Positions 13,697 to 27,167 of a DNA stretch of 64,000 bases are shown one piece after another. Origin of the DNA: Octopus sinensis (taxonomy: Eukaryota); assembly GCF_006345805.1 (NCBI RefSeq), contig NC_042999.1, forward strand, positions 39,990,001 through 40,054,000, written 5' to 3'. Under the pieces are notes generated by a model, which ran no database searches, was not told the DNA's origin, and saw nothing but the letters and a program-made list of their open reading frames with translations. The translations under genes and the position numbers were made by a program. How positions within the stretch are numbered: position 1 is the stretch's first letter; the number at the start of each line of letters is the position of its first letter.

Positions 13697-13936
13697 ACGT
13701 TAAGTTAAGTTAATATTTTTGCTCAAAAAGCGAAAAGCAAGGCCATGTAGAGGGACATGGAGTTATGTACAGGGAGGGTGTTCATGCAAAGAGTTCAGTC
13801 CATTTCTGATCAAGAGTGACTTTGAACCGAGCGGTCGTCGGCATCTTCACTATCTCGTCCGGCAGCTTATTCCACGGATCCGCAACCCGGACGGAGAAAG
13901 CCCCTCTCCTTCGATTGAGATGAAATCGTCGCAACC
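13697..13936 (-). mobile_element. CR1/L2-type LINE 3' end with (TTAAC)n tail
   Basis: Minus translation LRRFHLNRRRGAFSVRVADPWNKLPDEIVKMPTTARFKVTLDQKWTEL matches the FFS-x-RV-x-x-x-WN-x-LP-x-x-x-V C-terminal motif of CR1/L2/Jockey RTs. Confidence 0.8.
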
Positions 13937-14134
13937 ACAAGACCTAAAATTTGTGGGGCGGGAACTAATCGATTACATCGACCACAGTGCGTAATTAGTC
14001 TTTATTTTATCGACCACGAAAGGATGAAAGGCGAAGTCAACCTCGGCGAAATATGAACTCAGAACATAAGGAGAGACGAAATGCCGTTACGCATTTCGCT
14101 CCGCGTGCTGATGATTCAACTAGCTCACCGCCTT
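13937..14134 (-). mobile_element. SINE family B (head and core)
   Basis: Reverse complement AAGGCGGTGAGCTAG...GAGTTCATATTTCGCCGAGGTTGACTTCGCCTTTCATCCTTTCGTGGTCGATAAAATAA. Confidence 0.85.
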
Positions 14135-16120
14135 ATTAAAGTCAGTAACAAAATCATAAATTAGTATATAGCTAAGTAGTGTATTATCTATGCTTATTAT
14201 ATTTTTTAAATACTTACTCCATGCCGTTGTTTAAACTGCAGGCCGTTTTCGGTCCAATGACAATGTAGAAAGTGATTGCGAATATTCCAGAGGAAACATG
14301 AAAAATCTAGGACGAATATCTTGGTCGTGAGGTAAGTAAAAGTTGAAATCATATCTTAACCGTTAAGGCTTCCTAACGTTTGCGAATAAACTCATGATAT
14401 GTATAACCCATTGGAATTTGTTATAGTACTCAATCTCACATACTGAATTATATGAATTGCCTTGCCTATTTCGACTAGAATGTCGTGCTTATATTCACAT
14501 AAATCAGCTTTGATTGAATCTATATTAGGCATTTGTTGGCGCGCAATTCTATAAGAGAAAACGCGACGAATTTGAAATTAGAATGCGGCTATCAGGAAGG
14601 AAAATGACTTTAGAAATATCGTAAACAAAATTTATTTTGACTAAATGATATTGGAAATTTTTAGTACAAAATTAAGTAGTAATCAGTTGATGGAATGTAA
14701 ATATTTTCTTGACATATAGAAATTGTATGTAATTCTATGCTACTCTAATTCTATTGTTCTTTGTATTGAATTCAAAAGTATAATTGTTAGCAAAACAATT
14801 AAGTTAAATTTTTAAATGCGAAAGAATAAAATGCCAATTATGACATACAATTAAATAGACAATAATGTCTGTGTGTATATGTAAGTGTAAAGAACGAATG
14901 TGTAAGGTACTTAACAATCTCTCGCCATAATATACATATACATAAATATAATGCCTGTGTGTGTGTGTAAAATTTATACATGACATATAAATCATATATA
15001 AATATCTATATCTATATCTATATCTATCTATCTATATATATATACGCATACACAGAAACACACACACATACACACACATACACTCACACACACACACACA
15101 CACACACATACACACACGTATGTATATTTCCCGTTTGGTATTTTTCCAACATTGTGCATTGTTCTCTTCAACACGTCTTTCTTTATGATTAAATATGAAA
15201 CGGCGGTCAGAAAGTACTGCCATCGGTTTGTTTACGATACTTTTGATTTAGATTTGGATTATTATTTGATTTCATTCTTTTTTCTTCTTCTATTCAATCT
15301 TAGAAATGATCTTTTAAAGCCGTAGAATATTTTCCGAAAACTTCATTCATTGCACTTGTATTATGCTATTTTCTTTTTTCGTCTAAGATTTGTTTCATTT
15401 TTTTCTTTATTAATTTACATTTATTCTACAATTATTTTGAGTAGCAATATTGTTTATTACTTCCTTCATAAAATCCCCGCTATTGTTTAATAATACTGTA
15501 TACAGATATTCATACACATATGCATATATCAATGCATACAAAAGCACACGCACACACAAATGTTTCATATCTTTATAACTATGATTCCTATCTGTATATA
15601 TTATATATGTAAATGTATACGTGCATGTGTGTGTGCACGCGCTCATTATGTGTGTGTGTGTATGTATGTGTGTATGTAAATATTTTTCTAAAGCATTGAG
15701 AATTTATTCATGTGTAAGACCTATGAATATAGATCAATAGATTTAGGTAAGTCAACTTAAGTGTATTCACTCTAAACTTAGTTATTTTTACCACTATGTT
15801 TAAAAGAAACACACAATATGTACACAATATTTTTCCAGAAAAATATTATCTACTCTACCGTGCACCCGATGTTTCAAATACATGTGTACATATTTTTGCA
15901 TGAGTTCATCACAGAAACATAATTACATGAAAGCTAAAAGGGATAGAATCATCAGAGCGTCTTACACAATTACTTGCTTTATTTATTCCGGCTTTCTGAA
16001 TTATGACTTCAAATATCGCCGAGATTCAATTCGTATCTTATCCCGTACTGATTGATAAATAATGTAACAGTAAAGATCAGAGAAGTGGTAGAATTATTGG
16101 CGTCGTTCTAGATAACTCAC

Positions 16121-16338
16121 TGTAATTTTTCCTCCTGTTCGCACTCTGAGATGTTATCGCGAGGGAGCATTCGCCAGTGGCATAAGGAATCTATTGCCGC
16201 ATTTAACCGTTCCAACCCATAAGGTGTCAGTGCCTTTGTCTGAACCCGTGTTCCTTGAATTTGACTTGTATCTTCTGCTTGAGGATATTGTTCTGTAGCA
16301 GTCTCCTTGGATGTGACGAGAGGCAACGTTTTTCCCTT
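16121..16338 (-). CDS. Candidate coding exon on minus strand, unidentified (KGKTLPLVTSKETATEQ...RLNAAIDSLCHWRMLPRDNISECEQEEKL)
   Basis: Acceptor TTCTTGTATTGCTCAATCAG, 72 open codons with non-repetitive composition, donor CA|GTGAGT; the other two minus frames contain stops. Confidence 0.45.
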
Positions 16339-17089
16339 CTGATTGAGCAATACAAGAATATTTTGATGTGCATACATATATATATATACAGACACACACA
16401 GACATATGTATGAGAGAAAGAGAGGAAGAGAGAGAGGGAGGGAGGGATAGAGTGAGAGAGGAGGAGGGTATAGAATGCTGGGATTGGCATCATTTAATCG
16501 TTGACTTCCTACTAACAGCAAGAAAAAGAACGATTCGTTCTGATATCACCAGATGATATCTTTACTAAAGTACAGAAAACTTGTTCAGGCTACAATGAAA
16601 TATTTAAAGATTCAAGAAATAGCATTTAAAAATATATTTTCTTGTAAAGTCATACATATATATATCGTATGCGCGTGTGTAAATTACAAATATATGCAGA
16701 CAGCTTTGTATATATCTGCATTGGAAAACATCGTTTTTATAACAATTTCAAATGGAATTAACACTGTAGAACATGTTTTCTTCAGTTGTCGACTGAACAC
16801 CAGAGCAATTTCTTGACTTTAAACGGTATCAGAAACCTCATCATTTGTACGACACCATGAAATGTTAGTGTTCTCTTGATACGCACTAGAGTACCAACCT
16901 TTTCTTCTTAATTATGCAACCCCCAATAAAGTACTTGATGGACCTTAACTTAACCATATACGTGTTAAGTATTTTTTCTTCTCGTTCTATTTCGATCTCT
17001 GCTACATGCTTGATAAATTATTGCCTGTTTCTATTCTTCTCTTCCATAAACAGTATTTTATTCTTTCCACATGTTTTAATTTCACCTAG

Positions 17090-17170
17090 GAAATACTGAA
17101 GTGTCACAGCAGATCCATGAGCACAGCTCTAAATCTCCACTTCTACTGAAAGTGCTCTATCGTCGCACTT
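17090..17170 (+). CDS. Weak candidate exon (NTEVSQQIHEHSSKSPLLLKVLYRRT)
   Basis: Acceptor TTTTAATTTCACCTAG, donor T|GTATGT, phase 1 to 1. It would join the next exon only through the alternative acceptor after 17667. Confidence 0.3.
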
Positions 17171-17645
17171 GTATGTTACAAGATTAAATTATAATGTAGA
17201 GTCTTCTCTTCATACACTGATTCACAAGGTGGTATCAGTCTACTCGACAGATTTTCTTTGTCATATCATACCAAGCATCATAAACTTACATTTCCTTCGT
17301 TGCATACAGTACATTACGTAAAGAAAATCATTATTTTAAATCATCCTAAACGTTTCAAATATGAACGCCATTCAGTAATACAGTTTTATTCATTCTTCAA
17401 TTTACGCTCCTGCACTACCATGTGTAAAGTTTCATGCAGATCCAAAACGGTACATTCATTCCATTGAAACTGCAGCTTTACTTTGAAATAAGCAATCAAT
17501 GCTTATGCAACTCGATAATTTACTTGAAGTAATTCATATTATGGATCACCTTTCATCATAGTGTATTACTAAACGGGAAACCTCATGCTAGGTGCGATGC
17601 TTAAAATTACCTTTCTAAAAAATATATCCTTTCAAAGACTTGCAG

Positions 17646-17743
17646 TATATGCATTTACTTTTGAAAGTCTATGAATTGCTTCATCTTGAGTGTCGAATGA
17701 AGATAGTGGCAGCAAGGTACGAGGAGCAAGTATGGATGTGCAG
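17646..17743 (+). CDS. Candidate coding exon (YMHLLLKVYELLHLECRMKIVAARYEEQVWMC)
   Basis: Acceptor CTTGCAG (alternative TTTTGAAAG at 17667), donor CAG|GTAAGA. One open frame, ending in phase 2 and matching the next exon. Confidence 0.55.
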
Positions 17744-18312
17744 GTAAGAAACACGATTATTAAACACAGGATTTTTTTCTTCATCCCCACTGCACGACAT
17801 CTTGGGTGAATATTTCCTACTATAACGCCGAGTAGACTAATGGGTGGTGAGTGAATTTTGTGACCGGAAATTGTGTGGTAGACCGAAGCATATTGTACAG
17901 CATTAGAACAGTAATATATATTTTAAGAAGTTAAAATTTATGGCCAGTAATAGAGTAACACCTGTAAAACTCTCAACAACATAGGCGAATCATCAGATTC
18001 AAATGCTAAGCGTTTTATGGTCACTATATGACAGGCCATAACATGTGACCTACCAACTCTCTCACTCTCTCTCTCTCCCTCTCCCTCTCTCACTCTGTCT
18101 CTCTCTCTCTCTATATATATATACATATATATACATATTCATATATATATATATATGAATATATATATGAATATGTATATATATAATGTATATATATATC
18201 GTACCTGTAATAAAAAGCCTTTTTTATTTGCAATGTGCATTTCCGTTGATTATTCATATACCCTTACATTTCCACGTGTATTTTATATTTTCTTTTTGTA
18301 ACATATTTCTAC

Positions 18313-18739
<427 letters not shown>

Positions 18740-18782
18740 TGTATATATATATATAGTATATATGTATGTATGTATATATGTT

Positions 18783-18875
18783 ATGAGTGTGTTCATTGAC
18801 CTCTGTCTCAAAAACGCTCCACATGTGATAGTGCAATGGATTGAGATCTGGGGGATTAGGAAGCCAAATGTTAGA
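18783..18875 (-). mobile_element. Tc1/mariner (maT-like) transposase fragment
   Basis: [22 protein letters not shown] resembles WPPNSPDLNPLDYYVWSVLE. Confidence 0.55.
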
Positions 18876-18925
18876 GGTACGCATATGTATGTATGTGCAT
18901 ATGTATGCTAGTATATACATATATA

Positions 18926-18973
<48 letters not shown>

Positions 18974-19114
18974 TATATATATTAAATATATATATATATA
19001 TATTATATATATATATATATATTATTATATATATATATAATAATATATATATATGTGTGTGTGTGTGTCTGTGTGTCTGTGTGTGTGTGGGTGGGTGTTT
19101 ATAGATATATACAT

Positions 19115-19168
<54 letters not shown>

Positions 19169-19934
19169 ATACATGTTTATATTTGGGCGTGGGGGCGTGT
19201 TTGCATCTCACCTTGATCTCCCCACAGTTTGGGCTCCCACGTTGGTTTGTGTACGTCTCCGTAAATTAGCTGTTCGAAGAAAGAGGACGATAAAATATAT
19301 ATCGCATCTATAAAGTAATTCCTGGTTTTGATTTGATAGACTAAACAGTTCAATGACTGTAACAAGTAAGAGACAAAAATATAAAAAATACTATAAAGAG
19401 AAAAGTGTAAAAAAATAATTCCATGGAGACGGGCACCGAAACAATTCGAATATTTAGTTACATTGCACCAACGGTAATTAAATGCATTTTTGAAATGAAG
19501 TGTTTTATATGACCTTTCAGATTTCCAAAATATTTTCAATTAAAATCTAACTTTAATTCAAATGGAAATAATTAATTAAGAAAATGTGGAAGATAAAGCT
19601 ACATATTTACGTTCTAAAAATATTTATTTATTCAGTTCGCGATCCCAAAAGGAATACGGAAATCAGCATAAACAATTTCAAAGATAACATTTGGTTCTTT
19701 TCCCCCTAAGTGAAAATGTACGCGCCAGGATAGAGGAATCGCGAATCAACAATAAACACAACGAACAATTAGAATGGGAAGGATCAGTCACACGCACACA
19801 AACACATGCGTAAACCCATTATCTGCCAAATACACGTACATGCGTAAATACATATGCATACAAGTTTCAAAGGCGAATGAGCATTAAAAATTTTTTAAAT
19901 GGTGTCTCACACACGCAGCGGCAAACACGTTCTC

Positions 19935-19949
19935 CCTCTCTCTCTCACT

Positions 19950-19980
<31 letters not shown>

Positions 19981-20127
19981 GCACACACACGCACATACAC
20001 ACACACAAGAATCTTCTCTCTCTCTCTCTGACTGCCCCACTCTCTCTCTCTCTCTCTCTCTCTCTTTCAGTCACACAACACTCACTACAAAAAGATGCGA
20101 GAAAAAGTATATAAATAAAATTCACAG

Positions 20128-20163
<36 letters not shown>

Positions 20164-20314
20164 GCTCGCTTGCTCGCTCACACACACACTCTTTCTTCCT
20201 CTCTGTCTCTCTTCCCAACAACACACACCACTCTCTTTCTCTGTCAACCTTTCACACACTCATTCAAAAAAGATGCGAGGTAAAACAAATAAAAAAATAT
20301 GTACTTTGTTTTAT

Positions 20315-20362
<48 letters not shown>

Positions 20363-20460
20363 CACACACACACTCACAGCAGCACCCATCTTCTCTCTCT
20401 TTTTCTTTCGACCTCTCTCACACATACACACAACATGCACTTTCTCTCTCGCACCCCTCA
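19935..20460. repeat. Compound (CT)n/(CA)n microsatellite with a duplicated unique spacer (AAAAAGATGCGAG)
   Basis: Direct reading; the spacer occurs near 20088 and near 20267. Confidence 0.9.
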
Positions 20461-21097
20461 TCAACACATGCACACGTCCTTGTCAATATTTTCTATTTCA
20501 TTTTATGCTGAAATCAAACGAAATGTACATTTCTAGTCACAGAAATAAATAGATATATAATCTTTACGGAATTTACCAAACGCCGTATGGTAACAGCTGA
20601 TCTCGTTGTTTGCATGTACTGTTTCAGACTGTGGATGTTGTAGGAGTTTTCTCTGAGAATGAGGACAGACACACACATACACACACACCAGAGTAACGGT
20701 GACAATCATTTTCTGATCGTTACTTCGCAAATAGTTACCTCCCTTGTCCACAATATTCACCAAAGGAAGTTTTTCTGAGCTTCTGACACTAGATACCCCT
20801 TTACACCATAGTATTCCATAAGTGAAACTTCTAAAGAGTGTAGAACCTTCTGTGGAACATAAGTGATACATCTGCTAAACATGAACAAAATTGGATGAAA
20901 TACACTGATTTTTTATGTGGGATCAAGCTAATGGTCGGCCACACACACAAACATTTGCATATACGTATGTATGTATGTATGTATTATGTATGTATGTATG
21001 TATGTATGTATGTATGTATGTATGTATGTGTGCATGTATATATATATATATGATATATATACATAAATATATATATATATAAATTCTCTTTCTATAT

Positions 21098-21155
<58 letters not shown>

Positions 21156-21502
21156 TATATATATATATAAAGTCTCTTTCTACATATATATATATAATAT
21201 GCATATATATATATATATATATAAATTCTCTTACTATGTATATATATATGGAGAGATAGACGGAGAGAGATAAAGAGAGGAGGGAGACAGATAGAGAATG
21301 AAAGATAAATGGATATATAGGTATTGTATTTTACTCGGTATTATGAGTGGCGTTTTCAAGTTCAAATTTGTTCTTCGGTCTATTGAATGAACTTCTACGC
21401 ATTTGAATTTGTATATGTGTTGAGAAGGATAGAGAGACAGGCTAGTTACAAATCGCAAATGCACTAACCGGGCGTCCTTTGGAGAGTAGATTATGTATAC
21501 AG

Positions 21503-21594
21503 AACCTATTGTTACTTATGTCTTACGGTGTCACATATGTTCCATGCAGTTCCATGTGACAATCTTCAAGTAATTTTTCGGAATTGTTGTCTAC
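21503..21594 (+). CDS. Candidate coding exon (TYCYLCLTVSHMFHAVPCDNLQVIFRNCCL)
   Basis: Acceptor TATGTATACAG, donor TAC|GTAAGG. Only the phase 2 to 1 frame is open, and it fits both neighbours. Confidence 0.55.
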
Positions 21595-22107
21595 GTAAGG
21601 TACATTTTTGATAGATGTTCAATATCATCAACATTTTTGTCTTCGAATGTCGTTAACTCTTCAAACATAAATTACTGCACTTTCACGTGTTAGGGAACAA
21701 AGAGATGGTACTTACTCATATTAGAATGTATAAAATTTTGAAATACGTGCCATATGCAGTATTTTCCTGCTCTTTCACTTACACCGAAGTGTAATGTATG
21801 TATACACACACACACACTCACTAACTCACTCACAAACACAGACGCATATATACATATATATGTATACGTATGTGTATAAGTGACGAGTGGGTGTGTGGTG
21901 ATCTTTATATATATATATATGTGTGTATGTGTATGTGTCTGCAACGATTTCTTGAGAGATCGATATAGCAGGTGGTAAATTGATAATGGAGGTACAAGCA
22001 TATTCCATGTTTCAAAATGAGAAATCGGTACATGTTCATATACAGTATATAGACAACACAATCACATTTATATAAACGTACATAAATAAATACACTTAGA
22101 CATACAA

Positions 22108-22207
<100 letters not shown>

Positions 22208-22342
22208 GCACACATTCAGATAAGTAGATAAGGACGTATGTGTATTTCTGCCTCATTATACATGGTTGCATTTATGCATGTGTATATGTTTACATACAGG
22301 CATGCAACATATAAATAAATAAATATATCTATATATGGAATG

Positions 22343-22429
<87 letters not shown>

Positions 22430-22530
22430 TGATAGATTGACAGATAGACAGATGCGAATATGCAAGTGTGTATGTATACACTTCACAGTGATTCAATTAG
22501 TACATAATTGCTTATACAAACGCTTTGTAG

Positions 22531-22568
22531 TTTATGATTATGTGATTAACGCACAAAAGCAGATAACG
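22531..22568 (+). CDS. Candidate coding exon (LYDYVINAQKQIT)
   Basis: Acceptor CGCTTTGTAG, donor ACG|GTGAGT; only the phase 1 to 0 frame is open. Confidence 0.55.
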
Positions 22569-22732
22569 GTGAGTAACATATGAAGCTATCTCTGTTATAT
22601 TATTCCTTCATTACATATATGTCCCCAATGATTTTCGTATTCCTTCTAAGACCTTTTCTGAGAACCCAGGCAGGTGGAAATAAACTTTTAGTTGCATTTT
22701 CCTAAGGTAGACATGTATATGATTTCATACAG

Positions 22733-22876
22733 GGACACATGTATAAAGATACGTATGGATATGGTTTGGACATGGTCATACGTATATGTGACTATACGAC
22801 AGAATGATACATGGGGAGGAAAAGGATGAAGATAAAGCAGATGTATGTACTGGGAGACCAATGAAAGTGATCAAAT
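22733..22876 (+). pseudogene. Exon-like segment with good splice sites but no fully open frame
   Basis: Acceptor ATTTCATACAG and donor AAT|GTGAGT. It reads GHMYKDTYGYGLDMVIRICDYTTE then TGA; a shifted frame continues MIHGEEKDEDKADVCTGRPMKVIK. Confidence 0.35.
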
Positions 22877-22968
22877 GTGAGTAAATGTAGGGATCATTAA
22901 TTACTTTTCTTTTAAACTCGAAAAATACTAAAGTTCGTATAAAAAAAACAAGCCCAGGTTCCTTTCAG

Positions 22969-23124
22969 GAAGCGTTATGTCTGGTGTTAGAGAAGAGTTG
23001 GTTAATGCAGGAAGGATTGTTGGCGAAGGAAACATGTTGAGCGAAAGTCTAGCCGTTACCAATTTGGATATCTTTGAGTTTCACCACGAAACAATGAAAC
23101 AGAAGGCAGAGAGTTTGCTAAGAT
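22969..23124 (+). CDS. Candidate coding exon (SVMSGVREELVNAGRIVGEGNMLSESLAVTNLDIFEFHHETMKQKAESLLR)
   Basis: Acceptor GGTTCCTTTCAG, 51 open codons, donor GAT|GTAATT, phase 1 to 1. Confidence 0.45.
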
Positions 23125-23282
23125 GTAATTATGTGCAAATGAACGTGATTAACGAGACTTAAATGGGTTTAGCGTTCTTACTGGCCGGTGATGAGACGAT
23201 TTAGTCTTTCTTCGATATAATCTTAAGACAGATACTGTAGTAAATTTGTCTATTACATTGTATTTACATTAAGTATTATATA

Positions 23283-24387
23283 CCGGATTCAGTCAAAAGA
23301 GTTTCCGTATTTCAAGCTTTAAATAATAGTTCAAACCAACTAAGTACGAAAAGCATTTATTATGTTAGCTGTTGTTATCGTTGCTCCAGAAGCTAATTTC
23401 AAGCTTATAACATTTGGCTGGTTTAGAAACAAATATACTTCGTGCACCCGTTTTCAATACACACACATTATTGAACATTTATCCGTGCTGTAAATGAGCC
23501 CTGGCTAAGAAAAGATGGTAGTCTAATGATGCAAGGGCTGGACAGTAAGCAGGGGAGGCAGCATTTCCAGCCCTTTAAAATCCTTAACTTTGCTGTTGGT
23601 CACATTGGCAGAGTGTGCTGAGCTGCTATTCTCACAGCGCAGAAGCGCACGTTTCGATCTAACAATACTGAATAGCGGGCTTTCGAATCATCATACACTC
23701 GTTGTAGTTGTTGAGAATAAATATTAGCATTCGCAGCATGACCATCTGGGAGAGATCAAAATCCAACAAACTCTCCCCATTACATCTAACTCAAGATATG
23801 AACTTTTGCTCAAAGCACCGTATGCTTCACAGCAGGTTTTGTAGCCTGGCCGGGACGAAACTACTGATTTCTGTTATTTGGACTACGAATATATTTCCAT
23901 TTTTGAACCCCAATTAAAATTCGACAGTAAAAACCGAGTTTGTTTACGAGTTTGTTGGTGTCGATTGTTCGTGTTTTGTGAAGGAGTAAGTTCTGCCGAA
24001 AATGTATGAGTGCTTGTGCCGGGCTCTTTTTCTACCATTTCATGAAAGTGTCATCGTCTATATTAGATTGTTTCCCTGAAATTGGTTTGTCTTTGACGAT
24101 GGTGTAAATTTCTTGGAACGCCTAGTTTCGTCCCACATGTTCATTGACAGTTCCTGGGCATTCCATGTCATTACACTCAGTCATTTTTCCACAGGTAGCA
24201 AAAATGTCTTCAACTGCGCTCATTACCAACGTCATAATATAAATTAGTGTTTAGATATTATTGATGAAAATAAATATTCGACACTACAGCAACGATTGAA
24301 CAAATTGTATCAAAATAATTATATAACATAGAAATACACGTTGTAAAGTTCTCTGTGAGAATCTCCAGAGCCTTTGAACCAAGCCGG
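23283..24387 (-). mobile_element. Decayed mariner transposon
   Basis: Minus translation with stops and frameshifts gives FDLSPDGHAANANIYSQQLQRVYD and a degenerate LEMLPPL...DYHLF (WEVLPHPPYSPDLAPSDYHLF motif). Both ends read TA-CCGG, with weak TIRs. Confidence 0.8.
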
Positions 24388-24737
24388 TATACATACATGT
24401 ATATTAGCTATAATTACTTTCAATAGTTAGGTTTTAAATTTATAAAAATGATAAATATCATTTTATTTATTTTTCATTTATTTTATAGAAGTATTTATTT
24501 TATATATATTTATCAGTGTTTATACAAAGCGCCGAACTTTTTTATTCTCTCCGTGTTTATTTCTACATATTACTTTCTGTTGAAGAGAGTAGACAAGAAA
24601 CGTCAAAATTGCACACCTGTCTTCATCCTTGTTTATACATAAATTTCAAATATATAAATATATGTGTATATATACCATGGTGTATGCATGTATATATATA
24701 TAATATATATATAAGAATGTATGTATATGTGTATATA

Positions 24738-24804
<67 letters not shown>

Positions 24805-24988
24805 GAATTTACAAAAAACAAAAGACGAAGACGGGTGTGTAAACAGCAATCAGACGTATTAGTTTAACGCTCGGGAAGTGACAAAGTATATCACGTTTCG
24901 AGCCTATGCTCTTTGACCCAGAGGAACACAGAAATAAATGGGGAGAGAAAATAGTAAAAGGTTTTGTGGCGATCGATCAATCGTGTCG

Positions 24989-25019
<31 letters not shown>

Positions 25020-25049
25020 GACTGTATATATATATAATTATTATCCAAG

Positions 25050-25238
25050 GGAAAGGCAAAGGCCGATACAGCTTGGCAACTGTGATGTCGTAACTCATTT
25101 CGACAGCTGAGTAAACTGGAGCAACGTGAAATAAAGCGTCTTGCTCAAGAACACATCACGCAGCCCGATCCGGGATTAGAACTCACAACCTCACGATCGT
25201 AAGCTCGACGCTCTAACCACTGACCCATGCGCCTACAC
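25050..25238 (-). mobile_element. SINE family C, partial
   Basis: CTGGAGCAACGTGAAATAAAGCGTCTTGCTCAAGAACAC...GAACTCACAACC...CTAACCACT matches 18600-18730. Confidence 0.8.
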
Positions 25239-25320
25239 TATAAATATATGTATATACATGTATATGTATGTGTGTGTGTCTGTGTGTGCGTGTCTGTTTG
25301 TGTGTATGTGTATGTGTGTC

Positions 25321-25470
25321 TATCTGCCTGTCTCTTTGAAACCCCACCATCGCTTGACAACCGATGTTGCTGAATCTATGTCCCCGTGGCTTAGCTGTTT
25401 GCCAAAACAATCTAATGAAATAAGTACTAAGCTTAAAAAGAATAAATCCTTGGGCCTACTGTTTCGACTA
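25321..25470 (+). mobile_element. SINE family A tail remnant
   Basis: CCATCGCTTGACAACCGATG...TGTCCCCGT...AATAAGTACT. Confidence 0.7.
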
Positions 25471-25580
25471 ATATCGGTGCTACAGCGTTGCCGGAGTCGC
25501 ATTACCGAATCCAGTAAAACAATAAAGACCTATGCCAATTGTTACCCCGAGCAACGCCGGTAAATCTGCTGGTATATATA

Positions 25581-25980
25581 TGTGGTAAGTAGCTTGTTTA
25601 CCAACCACATGGTTCCGGGTTCAGTCCCACTGTGTGCACCTTGGGCAAGTGTCTTCTACTATAGCCTCGGGCCGACCAAAGCCTTGTGAGTGGACTTGGT
25701 AGACGGAAACGGAAAGAAGCCCGTCGTATATATGTATATATTATATATATATATATATGCGTGTGTGTGTTTGTGTGTCAGTGTTTGTCCCCCTAGCATT
25801 GCTTGACAACCGATGCTGGTGTGTTTATGTCCCCGTTACTTAGCGGTTCGGCAAAACAGACCGATAGAATAAGTACTGGGCTTGCAAAAGAATAAGTCTC
25901 GGGGTCGAGTTGCTTGATTAAAGGCGGTGTTCCAGCATGGCCGCAGTCAAATGACTGAAACAAGTAAAAGAGTAAAAGAG
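25581..25980 (+). mobile_element. SINE family A, near full length
   Basis: Same head, core, microsatellite and tail order as 9117-9520. Confidence 0.92.
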
Positions 25981-26545
25981 TATATATATATATATATGGA
26001 GAGAGGGAGAGAGAGAAAATTGTTTTGAGTGAACATGGTGTATGTTTAGACCGCTATTTAATAATGACTGCACATGTTTCAATACGACATAGATTCACAT
26101 ACATGATGTAAATTAAAGCAACGGGTTTCCTATACAATGCGACCCACTTGTATCTCCTCAGGTGATATACAATAGTTGCCTCGTAAGTAAACCATTGAGT
26201 GTGATTAAACATATACGAGCTAAGTATACACATCCTCACTAATCATAGAATTGGAAGTATACCGCAATATTACGTGCTATTTGATTATTCTAAGGGTTAA
26301 CGACTCCATTTTGTACGTTCCTAACAGAATGCACCTTCGCTATATTTATATATGTAATTCATGATATTTGCATCGTTAGTGACGTCCTCTACCCATATAT
26401 GCATGTATACATATATGTATGTATGTATGTGTATATATATATGTATGTATATATTTATATAGATGTATATTAGTTATATATATATATATCATATATATAT
26501 ATTATATCGATATATATACATAATATATATATATATATATATATA

Positions 26546-27039
26546 AGGGCATTTATCATACATGCCAGAAGGCATTATACATACATGCCAAACGCTAAGA
26601 GGGACAATTAGTCATTTCTACCAAAAATATTACTAATCCACCGAATGCAATTTTCAAAGTAAGACATTTAAAAAATATAGACCTGTATCACAGTGATTCA
26701 TACTTACGTACTCATCAGCAGGCCTGAATGTATTATAAATAAACAACGACCCTGCCCCGCTTAAGCGATCAGCTAACTGCTCGACATCAACGAAGCACAT
26801 GGGTGAGTTTACATATATTACATCCGGATAAAGGCAAACTTTTACGAATTGCATTTCGGGAGAGGAAAAGTTTTTTCGGAATAAAAATTTAGCAATTAAG
26901 GACAACTACTTAAAAGGAAAACTTAACAAGAAATTGTCAGGTAGATAGCGTAAAAACCTCATAAGAGAAAAAATTTCGAAAATAATTATTTCTTATTATA
27001 TTTCGTATAATGCCTTCTGGCATGTATGTATAATGCCCT
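26546..27039. mobile_element. MITE with about 35-bp TIRs in a TA context (Tc1/mariner-like by flank)
   Basis: Left AGGGCATTTATCATACATGCCAGAAGGCATTATAC; reverse complement of the right end AGGGCATTATACATACATGCCAGAAGGCATTATAC. Flanked by (TA)n. Confidence 0.8.
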
Positions 27040-27167
27040 CTATATATAAATTAATATGTTCAATAAGAAATAATTATTTTCGAAATTTTTTCTCTTATGA
27101 GGTTTTTACGCTATCTACCTGACAATTTCTTGTTAAGTTTTCCTTATTAAGTAGTTGTCCTTAATTG

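Noticed and set aside
12123-14340. Hydrophobic minus-strand ORFs (about 12123-12233, 13336-13560, 14220-14310), and 34484-34723, as a membrane-protein gene
   Set aside because: AT-rich DNA yields I/F/L-rich frames by chance, splice signals occur on both strands, and the phases do not chain.
17600-17786. Signal-peptide-like MKKKILCLIIVFLTCTSILA on the minus strand
   Set aside because: The ATG lies in a degenerate SINE head, and the frame is antisense to the better-supported plus exon.
26654-26905. 83-aa ORF inside the MITE
   Set aside because: No transposase motif or known domain; the internal GTAAGT-bounded micro-exon is not supportable.
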